Assembly: GCA_046590585.1 (NCBI GenBank)
Contig: JBKJVD010000090.1
Coordinates: forward strand, 1 to 61,470
Direction: 5' to 3'
DNA length: 61,470 nt
From: Thermoanaerobaculia bacterium
GTDB taxonomy: Bacteria > Acidobacteriota > Thermoanaerobaculia > Gp7-AA8
How positions within the stretch are numbered: the first letter of the stretch is position 1; each line of letters starts with the position of its first letter. This document shows positions 37,598-46,308 of the stretch, piece by piece. The position numbers were made by a program, and so were the translations under genes. A model generated the notes under the pieces. The model saw only the letters and a program-made list of their open reading frames with translations, searched no databases and had not been told where the DNA came from.

Positions 37598-39868
37598 TCA
37601 CTCGAAATCGACGATGAGCATCGAGTGCGTGGCGATTCCCGCCTCGCGTTCGTGATGGGAGTAGCTGCACGCAGCGACCCTCTCCACGAGCGCAGGAGAA
37701 GCAAAGGCGTGATCGATCCGGAAGGCCCGCTCCCGAGGACTGAGCCAGGTGAACTCGCGGGCGTCGCCATGCGTTCGACGCCAGAGATCGCTCCATCCGA
37801 GCAACGTCAATCGCGCGAACTCCTCCGCGCAGATCATCGTGCCGCCTTCCTCATCCGCAAAGTGCGCCCCGGTATTGAGGTTGCCGGCGAGCAGGAGCGG
37901 ACGATCGAGCGGGATTTCGTGCAGCGCGTGCCAGAGCGGCCGCTTCGCTTCTCCCTGAGGAAGCAGCGCCGCGATCACCGTAACACCGCCGACATCCACG
38001 GACAGCAGTGCTTCGTCGTCGAACTGCGGTGATCCGGTCATCATCAGTTCCACCCGTGAGGCCACGAGCAGCGACCCGTGCGCAACGACGTGCTCGAAGC
38101 CGGCTCGCGTCAGTTCCTCGCGCAGTCCGTCCTCCGGCCTGATGACAGCCAGCACCGCCACATCGGCATCATGCTCCAGAATCGCGGCTGCCACTTCACG
38201 CATGTCCGCCGATTCGCGAACGTCCCACACCACGATCCGGCCCGGACCCGTCGACATCGACCTCTTTAATGCTCTATGAAAGGTCCGAATGGCCCCGCTG
38301 CAGCGGATGTCCGAGACCCGCAACGGACGCGCCAGGGTCAGATCGCCCATCCGTCTGCAGCGGCTCAACGCCACATACGCCTGTCCTTCCGCGAAGGCAC
38401 CGCTGCCGAAGTCGACGTGGGCGCGGTCGAGCGTCAGGCCCTGCGCCTTGTGAATCGTCACCGCCCACGCCGGCATGAGCGGAAACTGCCGGAATGACCC
38501 GACCGATTCAGCGATGACCTGGTTCTCGCGCCGGTCGAAGGAGTAGCGGTTGTTTTCCCACGTTTCGGATTCGACGTCATGCGTCGTCCCGTTCTGCAGA
38601 CGCACACGGATCGCCGTGGCATTCAGCGATTCGACGATCCCGGTCGTTCCGTTCACCCAGCGCCGCTCCGGATCGTTGCGCGTGAACATCACCTGCGCAT
38701 CCTTCTTGAGCTTGAGTGTCCGTGGAGCAGGGAGACGATCATCCGGAAAGTCGCCTTCGAGTGTCGCCAGGTAGGAGCGAGGTTGTCCCGGAAGCGCTTC
38801 GAGTCGCTGGCCGTTCTCCCGGTCCGCGGCGTCGTTGCGCGTGACGAGCATCAGGTGAGGACCAGCGGGAAGTCGTCCTGAACAGGCACGGTTCAACGCC
38901 TCCACCGCCGGAGCGATCCCGCGACCGGATCGCAGTGCGCCAAGGATCTCGATGAATTCGGGATCCTCCTGACGGTGTACGCGCGTCAACTCGACCACCG
39001 TCGCCTGAAGTCCCCGCAACGCCGCAGCGCCGAAAAAGAACGGCGTCGCATACCGTGCCGCAATCGCGTCCCCCTCGGGGCCTCGCGGCACGACCGGCGG
39101 CAACTGAAAGAGGTCGCCGATCAACACCAGCTGCACTCCTCCAAATGGAGTCTCCGTCTTGCGATGCAGCCGCAGCGAGACGTCGACGGCATCGAGTAGG
39201 TCGGCACGCACCATCGAAATCTCATCGATGACCAGCACCTCCAGCTTCTCGATGGCGGCCGGGTCGTCAAGCAGACGTACGTCACTCGCAGCGAGCAGCC
39301 TGGGTGGCAGCCGGAAAAACGAATGAATCGTCTGCCCGCCTGCATTGAGCGCAGCGATGCCGGTCGGCGCGACCACGACGATGCTCCGCTCCGCAAGCTC
39401 GCGCTCCAGGTAGCGAATGAAGGTCGACTTGCCTGTCCCTGCGCGGCCCGTCACGAACAGCAGCGGCGCTCCACCGTTCACCACAGCGAGGGCACGCTCG
39501 AACTCGGCGCTGACTTCGAATGCAGGGGCCGTCTGTTTGCGGACGCGCTGCGCGGGTGCCTGAACGGATCGTGGCTTCTTCGCAACTGCACTCCGCGAGC
39601 GAACGCCGGCCTTTCCCTTGCCCTTGCGCTTCCTCTTCGCCGCATCGAGCATCGCCGGCGATGGCGCGGCGGGTGGCTCGTCATCGAGGCGCTTTGCGCA
39701 CTTCACTGCCAGCCGGTGCCAGTCCAGCCAGTGAGTCGTGGAAGGCTCTCCATGCTCAGCAAGAATCCCGAAGAGCGTCCGGATGTGGGTCAGCTCGCGC
39801 GGTCCGAATCGTTCGCCGAGGCGTTGCACCGCGCCGTGAACCCACTCGACCAGGGCGTCAAAGTCCAT
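37598..39868 (-). CDS. Pif1/RecD-family SF1 helicase fused to a C-terminal endonuclease/exonuclease/phosphatase (EEP) domain
   Basis: ORF 37598..39967(-), trimmed to the ATG at 39868. Helicase motifs: Walker A GRAGTGKST, APTGIAA, VLVIDEISMV, GDLFQLPPV, HKAQGLTLD and YVALSRC. The C-terminal ~240 aa (RIVVWDVRE...LLAGNLN...FRIDHAF...) resembles the EEP fold. Confidence 0.8.
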   Translation of the reverse strand: MDFDALVEWVHGAVQRLGERFGPRELTHIRTLFGILAEHGEPSTTHWLDWHRLAVKCAKRLDDEPPAAPSPAMLDAAKRKRKGKGKAGVRSRSAVAKKPRSVQAPAQRVRKQTAPAFEVSAEFERALAVVNGGAPLLFVTGRAGTGKSTFIRYLERELAERSIVVVAPTGIAALNAGGQTIHSFFRLPPRLLAASDVRLLDDPAAIEKLEVLVIDEISMVRADLLDAVDVSLRLHRKTETPFGGVQLVLIGDLFQLPPVVPRGPEGDAIAARYATPFFFGAAALRGLQATVVELTRVHRQEDPEFIEILGALRSGRGIAPAVEALNRACSGRLPAGPHLMLVTRNDAADRENGQRLEALPGQPRSYLATLEGDFPDDRLPAPRTLKLKKDAQVMFTRNDPERRWVNGTTGIVESLNATAIRVRLQNGTTHDVESETWENNRYSFDRRENQVIAESVGSFRQFPLMPAWAVTIHKAQGLTLDRAHVDFGSGAFAEGQAYVALSRCRRMGDLTLARPLRVSDIRCSGAIRTFHRALKRSMSTGPGRIVVWDVRESADMREVAAAILEHDADVAVLAVIRPEDGLREELTRAGFEHVVAHGSLLVASRVELMMTGSPQFDDEALLSVDVGGVTVIAALLPQGEAKRPLWHALHEIPLDRPLLLAGNLNTGAHFADEEGGTMICAEEFARLTLLGWSDLWRRTHGDAREFTWLSPRERAFRIDHAFASPALVERVAACSYSHHEREAGIATHSMLIVDFE

Positions 39869-39890
39869 CAGCTGCGCGCCGTCGCAGTCG

Positions 39891-42641
39891 TCAAATCGAG
39901 CCCGCCGCGTCGCTCGCTCGCCGTTCGGACTGCTCTTTCCAGAGGAACGCCAGCAGAGCGATGTCATCGTGCGGAGGCGCGTCTCCCCGCCGTTCGGCCA
40001 GCAGGTCGATGACGTGCGCGCAGGTTTCGCTCAGGCGCATCGCGCGATCGCGCTGAAACAGATCGGCCAGCGACTCGACACTGAACCGCTCGCCAGTGCT
40101 GCTTTCATCTTCGATCACCCCATCGGTGTAGAGCACCAGGCGATCGCCGGGCAGCAGCGTCTCACCGCCCTGCGTGAAGTCCAGTTCCGACCCGATCCCG
40201 ATCGCCGGACCAGGTTGATCGAGGCTGGTGATCCCGCCTCCGGCTCGCACGATGAACGGCGGCGGATGACCCGCGGCCGCGTAGCGGATTTCACCGCTGT
40301 CGACGTCGATGACGACCAGGATCATCGAAAAGTATTTGTTGAACCGTTCAAACGGATAGTCGTCATCGAGCTGCCGCAGGATTGCGGAAGGCGACACGTT
40401 TCCCGTCGCGCCGATGAGCAGTCCGCCCGGCGCCGTGAGCCGCTGCGCGATCGAGGCCGCCATCAACGCGGAAGCAACCCCGTGACCGCTGACGTCCGCC
40501 ATCCAGCCGGCAACGTAGCGGTCGTTCAACTGGACCACGTTGAACACGTCTCCCCCGATCTGGAGGGATGGTTGAAAGAGGGAGGCGCTGGTCAGCGTGG
40601 CAAGGTCGAGATTCGACTGCGGCAGCAGCGATTCCTGCAGGTCGCCGGCAGCACGCAGATAGCCGGCCACGACTTCCCGGCGATCGACGAGCTGTGCGTT
40701 CGCCTTCGCCAGCAAAGCGGTCAACTGCCGGATGCGCAACAGTGCCCCAACGCGCGCCACCACTTCCCGCGCGTTGAAGGGCCGGGTCACGATGTCAGAC
40801 GCGGCAAAAGAAAGCTCGCCGCTCATCTCTTCGGGCGAGGAGAGCAGCACGACTGGCAGGTCACGACCCGCCGGAGTGACGCGCAGTTGCTCCACGATTT
40901 CAGATCCATCCCGGCCGGGAAGGTGACGATCGAGCATGATCAGGTCTGCCTTGCCAGCGCGCACGATGTCCAGAGCGCGTTCGCCCTCGCTCACGGCTGT
41001 GACTTCGAATCCGGCAGCGGTCAGGATCCCCTCGAGCATCCGTTGGTTTTCCACGCTGTCGCCCACGATCAGCACCCGCCCCTCGGCCTGAACCGAGGCG
41101 CCACCATCGACGACCGCCGGCCGGAACTGGTGCTGCGGCCTGAGCAGATCGAACACCGTCTTGACTGGAACGAATGTCGACGCGGGCACCTCGACGCAGA
41201 TTGTGTTCCAGCGCGCCATCGCACCATTCCAGAGTCCGGGACGCTCGAGCGCCGTCAGCTCGCGCCCTTCGTGAGTCTTCTTCGAGGTGAAGATCGAATC
41301 GGGATCTACGAATCGCTCCAGCTCGTACGGTTCGCCTTTCCACGAATGCAATCCACAGACGATGTCGACAGGGTTGAAGTGAGTTGACGCCTTGAAGATG
41401 CGCACCTGTGCCGCATTCTCTGCATCCACCTGCGACGACTCGACGATCTGCACGGAACGGGTTCCGTCCCGCTCGATGACCCAGAACGGAGCGCCGCCCG
41501 GTTCGCCTTCGTTCTTTACGACGCCGCAGATCCGGATCGGACGATCGAGCGCCGTGAACACGAACTCGCGCTTCTCCTCGAGAGTATTCAGTGGATGCTC
41601 CGGACGTCTGGAGAATCGGAACGCCGCGAACGCAATCGCACGGTCGATGGCCGCTTCGGACACGTCCTGCTGCGAACATCGAGTCAGCATTTCGAACACA
41701 TCGTTCTGCACCCCGACGAGGTAACCGATCAGGATGCGCTTCCACCGCACCACCTCACCGCTCGCCTCGTCCGGGAGGATGTTGTCGATGTTCTTGATGG
41801 CCACGACATCACCGCGGAATGCGCCCAGGTTACGAAGGAGCGACCCGTGGCCGCCCGGCCGGAAGAGCAGCGAGCCATCGGCCTGGCGGAACGGCTCGCC
41901 CTGTCCGTCGATCGCGAGCGTGTCGGTCGCGGGATGCTGTTCAGAGAATCCCACATCGAGCGCCGCACCGCGCCGCCTCTGCTCGATGTAGGGAGTGATC
42001 GACGCCAGCGTGCTCTCGAACTCGGCGCGGAATTCCGGTGCCACGGTGAAGTGCATGCGGCAGCGATGGTCGGCGGCTCGTGCGTAGCGCGTCCCTTCCA
42101 GCAGTTGCTCCTCGAATGCGGTGCGCACCTGGTCGGTCCGGTGAAACGGGATCAGTCCCTTCGGCTTCTGCGCGTAACCCATCTCTTCGAGCAGCGTCGT
42201 GAGAATCTTCCGTTCCTCTTGCTCATGCTCGACGGTGTCGTCGATCTTCGTGCGCCTTCGCAGCTCCTCCGCGAATGGGAATGAGTCGAGTTGCTCGAAC
42301 AGCTCGCGCGCAGCAGGCGATGCCGAGGGACGTCTCGAACTCTGGAGGGCGGCGATCAGGTCCTTGAACATCCGCGTCGCAGCGCCCGAGGCGGGAACGA
42401 ACTTGGTGACACGTCCTGCCGCGGCGGCCGCGTCGCCGCGATCGATGAAGCTGCCCTGCTGCTCGGGTTCGATTCGGAAGATGCCATCGCCGAGGGTGCA
42501 CGGCCGGTCGAGGATGATCCCGGGCGGTGGGTTGCGGAGCTGCGCGAGCTGCCGGCTGGCAGCTCCGGCGTCAATGCCGCGAGCCGCGAACAGCGCGAGA
42601 TCGTCGGCGGAGAAGCGGCTCGTCGTCGTCATCGAGGTCAT
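39891..42641 (-). CDS. DUF4301-like (UDP-sugar pyrophosphorylase-like) domain fused to a receiver domain and a PP2C/SpoIIE phosphatase domain
   Basis: ORF 39891..42641(-). The N-terminal ~500 aa carry KFVPASGAATRMFK, RPGGHGSLL and GEPGGAPFWV. REC VLIVGDS...LIMLDRHLPGRDG. PP2C GGDVFNV...ADVSGHGVASALMAA...GDRLVLYTDGVIE. Confidence 0.75.
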   Translation of the reverse strand: MTSMTTTSRFSADDLALFAARGIDAGAASRQLAQLRNPPPGIILDRPCTLGDGIFRIEPEQQGSFIDRGDAAAAAGRVTKFVPASGAATRMFKDLIAALQSSRRPSASPAARELFEQLDSFPFAEELRRRTKIDDTVEHEQEERKILTTLLEEMGYAQKPKGLIPFHRTDQVRTAFEEQLLEGTRYARAADHRCRMHFTVAPEFRAEFESTLASITPYIEQRRRGAALDVGFSEQHPATDTLAIDGQGEPFRQADGSLLFRPGGHGSLLRNLGAFRGDVVAIKNIDNILPDEASGEVVRWKRILIGYLVGVQNDVFEMLTRCSQQDVSEAAIDRAIAFAAFRFSRRPEHPLNTLEEKREFVFTALDRPIRICGVVKNEGEPGGAPFWVIERDGTRSVQIVESSQVDAENAAQVRIFKASTHFNPVDIVCGLHSWKGEPYELERFVDPDSIFTSKKTHEGRELTALERPGLWNGAMARWNTICVEVPASTFVPVKTVFDLLRPQHQFRPAVVDGGASVQAEGRVLIVGDSVENQRMLEGILTAAGFEVTAVSEGERALDIVRAGKADLIMLDRHLPGRDGSEIVEQLRVTPAGRDLPVVLLSSPEEMSGELSFAASDIVTRPFNAREVVARVGALLRIRQLTALLAKANAQLVDRREVVAGYLRAAGDLQESLLPQSNLDLATLTSASLFQPSLQIGGDVFNVVQLNDRYVAGWMADVSGHGVASALMAASIAQRLTAPGGLLIGATGNVSPSAILRQLDDDYPFERFNKYFSMILVVIDVDSGEIRYAAAGHPPPFIVRAGGGITSLDQPGPAIGIGSELDFTQGGETLLPGDRLVLYTDGVIEDESSTGERFSVESLADLFQRDRAMRLSETCAHVIDLLAERRGDAPPHDDIALLAFLWKEQSERRASDAAGSI

Positions 42642-42717
42642 CAGTCCGTGTCAGACTCCCGATAGTAGCAGCGCGCGGGGCAATGGAACCGCGAGCCTGT
42701 CTGTTACGGTCGCTCCG

Positions 42718-43773
42718 ATGCCACTGCCACGAACCACGCCGCACCTTTACGGGATGTTCCCCGAGGATCTCGCGGCCTTCCTCCGCGCGAACGGGGTCGA
42801 GGTGCGGGATGGTGAGGCACGGCGGGTACTTGCGCATGCGATCACGCACGGACGCGACGGGTATCCGATCTCGCGACCGGTGCCGAAGCGAGTCGCCGAA
42901 GCGGTGGACCGACTGGTCGATCGCCGTCCGCTGGAGATCGTTGAACGCGCCACCGATCCGTCCGATCAGTTTGTGAAGTACCTCTTCCGGCTTCACGACG
43001 GCGGACTGACCGAGGCGGTCCTGATTCCGCTCGAAGTTCCGGGACGATTCTCCATCTGCCTCTCCAGCCAGGTCGGCTGCGGCATGGCCTGCGCGTTCTG
43101 CGCGACCGGCCGCCTCGGCCTGACCCGCAATCTCGAGCCGTGGGAGATCCTGGCGCAGTACGTTGCGATCAAGCGCGAGGCCCCCGGAGACATTCACGGC
43201 GTCCTGTTTCAGGGGCAGGGCGAACCGTTGCACAACTACGCGAACGTGATGCGCGCGGCTGAACTGCTCTCGCATCCATGCGGAGGACGCATCGAAGCGA
43301 AGTCGATCACCATCTCTACGGTCGGCCTCGTGCCCGGCATCCTTCGCATGGCCGAGGAGAAGCTGCCCTACCGATTGATCGTCTCGCTGACCTCGGCCAT
43401 CGATGAAAAGCGGAAGAGCCTCATCCCGGTCGCTGCGAAGTGGAGTGTCGAGGAAGTGGCCGGTGCCGTCCGCGCGTATCAACAAGCCATGGGAGGACGC
43501 GCCCGCGTCGCCTGGGTCCTCCTCGGCGGCATCAACAGCGGCGCCGACGAGATTGCCGCACTCGCGCATCACTTCCACGACGTACCGCTTCGCCTCAATC
43601 TGATCGACGTGAACGACGCACGCCCCGACGGCTTCCGTCGCGCCACGGAAGAAGAGCTGAGCTTCTTCCGCGACGAGTTGCGGCGTCTCGACATCGCCGT
43701 CGTACGCCGCTACTCCGGCGGCGCCGCTAGACACGCCGCATGCGGCATGCTCGCCTCGATGCAGACGGCTTAG
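42718..43773 (+). CDS. rlmN: Radical SAM 23S rRNA/tRNA adenine-C2 methyltransferase (RlmN/Cfr family)
   Basis: ORF 42199..43773, trimmed to the ATG at 42718. The upstream part is antisense to the neighbouring gene. Radical-SAM CxxxCxxC in SSQVGCGMACAFCATG; GEPL; C-terminal AACGML. Confidence 0.85.
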   Translation: MPLPRTTPHLYGMFPEDLAAFLRANGVEVRDGEARRVLAHAITHGRDGYPISRPVPKRVAEAVDRLVDRRPLEIVERATDPSDQFVKYLFRLHDGGLTEAVLIPLEVPGRFSICLSSQVGCGMACAFCATGRLGLTRNLEPWEILAQYVAIKREAPGDIHGVLFQGQGEPLHNYANVMRAAELLSHPCGGRIEAKSITISTVGLVPGILRMAEEKLPYRLIVSLTSAIDEKRKSLIPVAAKWSVEEVAGAVRAYQQAMGGRARVAWVLLGGINSGADEIAALAHHFHDVPLRLNLIDVNDARPDGFRRATEEELSFFRDELRRLDIAVVRRYSGGAARHAACGMLASMQTA

Positions 43774-43784
43774 CGGCTGGGCGA

Positions 43785-44288
43785 TCAGGCGGGGACGTAC
43801 AGAGCGGTCGGCTTTCCGTCCGGCGTATCGATCCTGCGGTCGAACCTCAAGCCGATCTTCTCCAGAACCTTGATCGACGCTGTGTTGCCAGGGCTGACGA
43901 TGGCGATGATCCGTTCGAGTCCGTGCGTGTTCCGGCCGTACTTCAACATCGCTGCGGTCGATTCATACGCGTAGCCATTCCCCCAGAAACGCGGCAGGAA
44001 GGCGTAGCCGATGTCGACGTCTGGCAGCGTGTCGCGACGGATCAGGCCGCACATCCCGATGGGAGCGTCCGTGCCCTTGAGGACGACGGCGAAGAGTCCG
44101 AAGCCGTTGCGCTCGTAACTCGCGAGTGGGCCGTCCGTGAGATAACGCCTGGCGTCGTCGAGGTTCTTGACGTTGCGGTCGCCGATGTTCTCGAGGAACG
44201 ACGGCTCATTCACGATCTCCTGGACGAACTCGGCATCGTCGAGAGTGAGGTGACGGATGGCTAACCGCTCCGTTTCCAGAACAATCAT
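43785..44288 (-). CDS. GNAT family N-acetyltransferase (RimJ/RimL-like)
   Basis: ORF 43785..44528(-), trimmed to the ATG at 44288 (MIVLETERLAIRHLTLDDA). GYAFLPRFWGNGYAYE, NTASIKVLEKIGL. The upstream part of the track ORF is a translated repeat. Confidence 0.85.
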   Translation of the reverse strand: MIVLETERLAIRHLTLDDAEFVQEIVNEPSFLENIGDRNVKNLDDARRYLTDGPLASYERNGFGLFAVVLKGTDAPIGMCGLIRRDTLPDVDIGYAFLPRFWGNGYAYESTAAMLKYGRNTHGLERIIAIVSPGNTASIKVLEKIGLRFDRRIDTPDGKPTALYVPA

Positions 44289-44316
44289 GGTTTGGAGATT
44301 ATCAAAAGGACGACGC

Positions 44317-44525
44317 ACCCAGTGGCTGGCGGGCGTCCCCGCCCGTCGTGCGCCGCAGCGCACCGCTCTCGTGACGCCACGTGGCTCGTACCGAACGTGG
44401 CCGGAAGTTGCGACAGGGCACTGGCCGGCTCGACGCCGTCCAGCACGGGCGGGGACGCCCGCGAGCCTCTTGGGCTGCCGTCGTGCGCCCCAGCGCACTG
44501 CTCTCGCGGCTCGTGCTCGACGTTT
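44317..44525. repeat. REP-like multi-hairpin element, copy 1 plus a partial duplicate, 5' of the RAYT pseudogene
   Basis: GTGGCTGGCGGGCGTCCCCGCCCGTCGTGCGCC...GCCACGTGGCTCGTACCGAACGTGGC...CAGCACGGGCGGGGACGCCCGCGAG. It contains an 18-bp internal inverted repeat. A second copy lies at 45202-45360 in the same orientation. Confidence 0.85.
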
Positions 44526-44554
44526 CACAATGAACCGAGGTAGCCTCGGATCTC

Positions 44555-45177
44555 GTGATCAGGAAGTATTGGTACGAACGAGTCGACGTGAAGAAGCATC
44601 ACGGCGTTCCTCATTGGCAGGTGCCGGGTGGAGTCTACTTTCTGACCTGGCGCCTCGCGGGTTCAATCCCTCGCGAGCAGGAGGAAGCGCTCGGCAAGCT
44701 GCGCGACGAATTGTCCCGAATACGCGAGTTGGGCTTTCCTGATCGAAGCATCGAGGAAGCGGAGCGTGAGTACTTCCGGCTTCTCGATAGTTCGCTCGAC
44801 TGCGGAAGCGGCGAAGCGTTCATGCTCAATCCCGCGATCGCCGATCTCGTAGACAGCGCACTCCGTTACGGCGATGGCCAGACTCACGAGTTGATTGCAT
44901 ACAGCGTGATGCCCAATCACGTGCACGTCGTCTTCCGTCTGCACGAGCAACTCGATGAACTCGTCCAACGATGGAAGTCATTCACCGCGCACGCTGCAAA
45001 CAAGATCCTCGGACGCAAGGGAACGTTCTGGGCCGAGGCTACTTTGACGTGCTGATCCGAGATTCGCGTCAAGCGGAGCGCACAGTCACGTATGTGCGAA
45101 GAAATCCTGCGAAGGCAGAACTCTTCGAGTGGCGCTGGGTAGGGTTCAGTGCCGAGCGTTACGCCGCCCTGCTGTGA
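44555..45177 (+). pseudogene. REP-associated tyrosine transposase (RAYT, IS200/Y1 family), split by a frameshift near 45037
   Basis: ORF 44555..45055 carries the HUH motif (VMPNHVHVVF) and ends GRKGTFWAE+ATLTC*. ORF 44971..45177 in the -1 frame continues GYFDVLIRD...TVTYVRRNPAKAEL...WRWVGF (catalytic Tyr, Y..NP). Joining at GCCGAG|GCTAC restores ...FWAEGYFDVLIRD... Confidence 0.8.
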
Positions 45178-45201
45178 CAAACGGCGCCGCGAGGCCGATA
45201 C

Positions 45202-45360
45202 ACCCGGTGGCTGGCGGGCGTCCCCGCTCGTCGTGCGCCGGAGCGCACCGCCCTCGTGAACGCCACGCGGCTCGTGCCGAACGTGGCCGGGTTTTGAAAC
45301 AGGGCACTGGCCGGCTCGACGCCGTCCAGCACGGGCGGGGACGCCCGCGAGCCTCTCGGG
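45202..45360. repeat. REP-like multi-hairpin element, copy 2, 3' of the RAYT pseudogene
   Basis: Near-identical to 44317-44475 and in direct orientation: GGTGGCTGGCGGGCGTCCCCGCTCGTCGTGCGCC...CACGGGCGGGGACGCCCGCGAGCCTCT. Confidence 0.85.
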
Positions 45361-45381
45361 TTGCGCCGAGCCTTCACGCCC

Positions 45382-46308
45382 TCAGGACTTGCCGGCGCTT
45401 TTCTTCGCAGCGGCCCGCTTCGGAGCCGGTTTTGCCGCTTTGCGTGGCGCGGATTTCTTTGACGCCGGTTTCTTCCTCGCCGGCTTCGCTGCGTTTCCTT
45501 CGAGTGAACGGCGCAGGACCTCGAGAATGTCGACGACCTCGGCGCCTCGGTCTTCGCGACTCTCTTCCGGGGCACGCTTGATCACGCCCTGGTGCTTCTT
45601 CTGCTTCCGCTGTGCGACCTTCTGCATTTCCTGCTCGGAGGGATCGAGGAACTCACGCAGGTCGAGCTTCTTCGTATGGCTCTTGATGGCGCGCTCGAAT
45701 TTCTTCACTTCCGCTTCATTCGCCTTCTTCTTTTCCGGCAATCCGACGGCGGCCGGCGTGCGGATCTCGTCCGGAAAGCGGAGGGTTTCGGCGCGAAGGA
45801 TCCCTTTCTCCGCGAAGATGGCGATCAGGTACTCCTTCGTCCGCATCACGAACGTGGCGATCCCTGCGCGCTCGGTGGTTTCCATCACCTGTGCAAGCAG
45901 CCGGTAGGCCTTGTTCGAGCCGCCGGCCGGAGTGAGGTAGTAGGCCCGCTCGAACAGCATCGGATCGATCTCATGGCGGTCGACGAAGATACGGAGGTCG
46001 ATGTCGCGCGACTTCCGGGGCTCGATCGCCTCGAGTTCGTCATCGGTGACGACGACATACTTCCCCTTCTCGATCTCGTAGCCGCGGACGATCTGGTCCC
46101 ATGAGAGTTCCACCCCTTCCTCACTGCAGAAGTAGTGACGTTGCAGCTGAGCGCCTTCTCCCGTAACCATGTGCAGCCCGACGCGGGCGGATCGCGTGGC
46201 GGAAAAGAGGTTGACCGGGACATTCACCAGCCCGAACGTGATCGTGCCCGACCAGAACGGCCGGAGTCCGCCATCACTCCCCTCGTTTTCGACTTCTTCT
46301 TCAGCCAC
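45382..46308 (-). CDS. ku: Ku protein (NHEJ DNA-end binding) with Lys/Ala/Pro-rich basic C-terminal tail
   Basis: ORF 45382..46308(-). ...FWSGTITFGLVNVPVNLFSAT, YEIEKGKYVVVTDDELE, FERAYYLTP. Tail AKPARKKPASKKSAPRKAAKPAPKRAAAKK. Confidence 0.9.
   Translation of the reverse strand: MAEEEVENEGSDGGLRPFWSGTITFGLVNVPVNLFSATRSARVGLHMVTGEGAQLQRHYFCSEEGVELSWDQIVRGYEIEKGKYVVVTDDELEAIEPRKSRDIDLRIFVDRHEIDPMLFERAYYLTPAGGSNKAYRLLAQVMETTERAGIATFVMRTKEYLIAIFAEKGILRAETLRFPDEIRTPAAVGLPEKKKANEAEVKKFERAIKSHTKKLDLREFLDPSEQEMQKVAQRKQKKHQGVIKRAPEESREDRGAEVVDILEVLRRSLEGNAAKPARKKPASKKSAPRKAAKPAPKRAAAKKSAGKS

Noticed and set aside
45031-45045. Programmed -1 ribosomal frameshift in the RAYT gene.
   Set aside because: There is no X XXY YYZ slippery heptamer or downstream pseudoknot at GGGCCGAGGCTAC. 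A 1-nt deletion (pseudogene) or a sequencing error is the simpler explanation.
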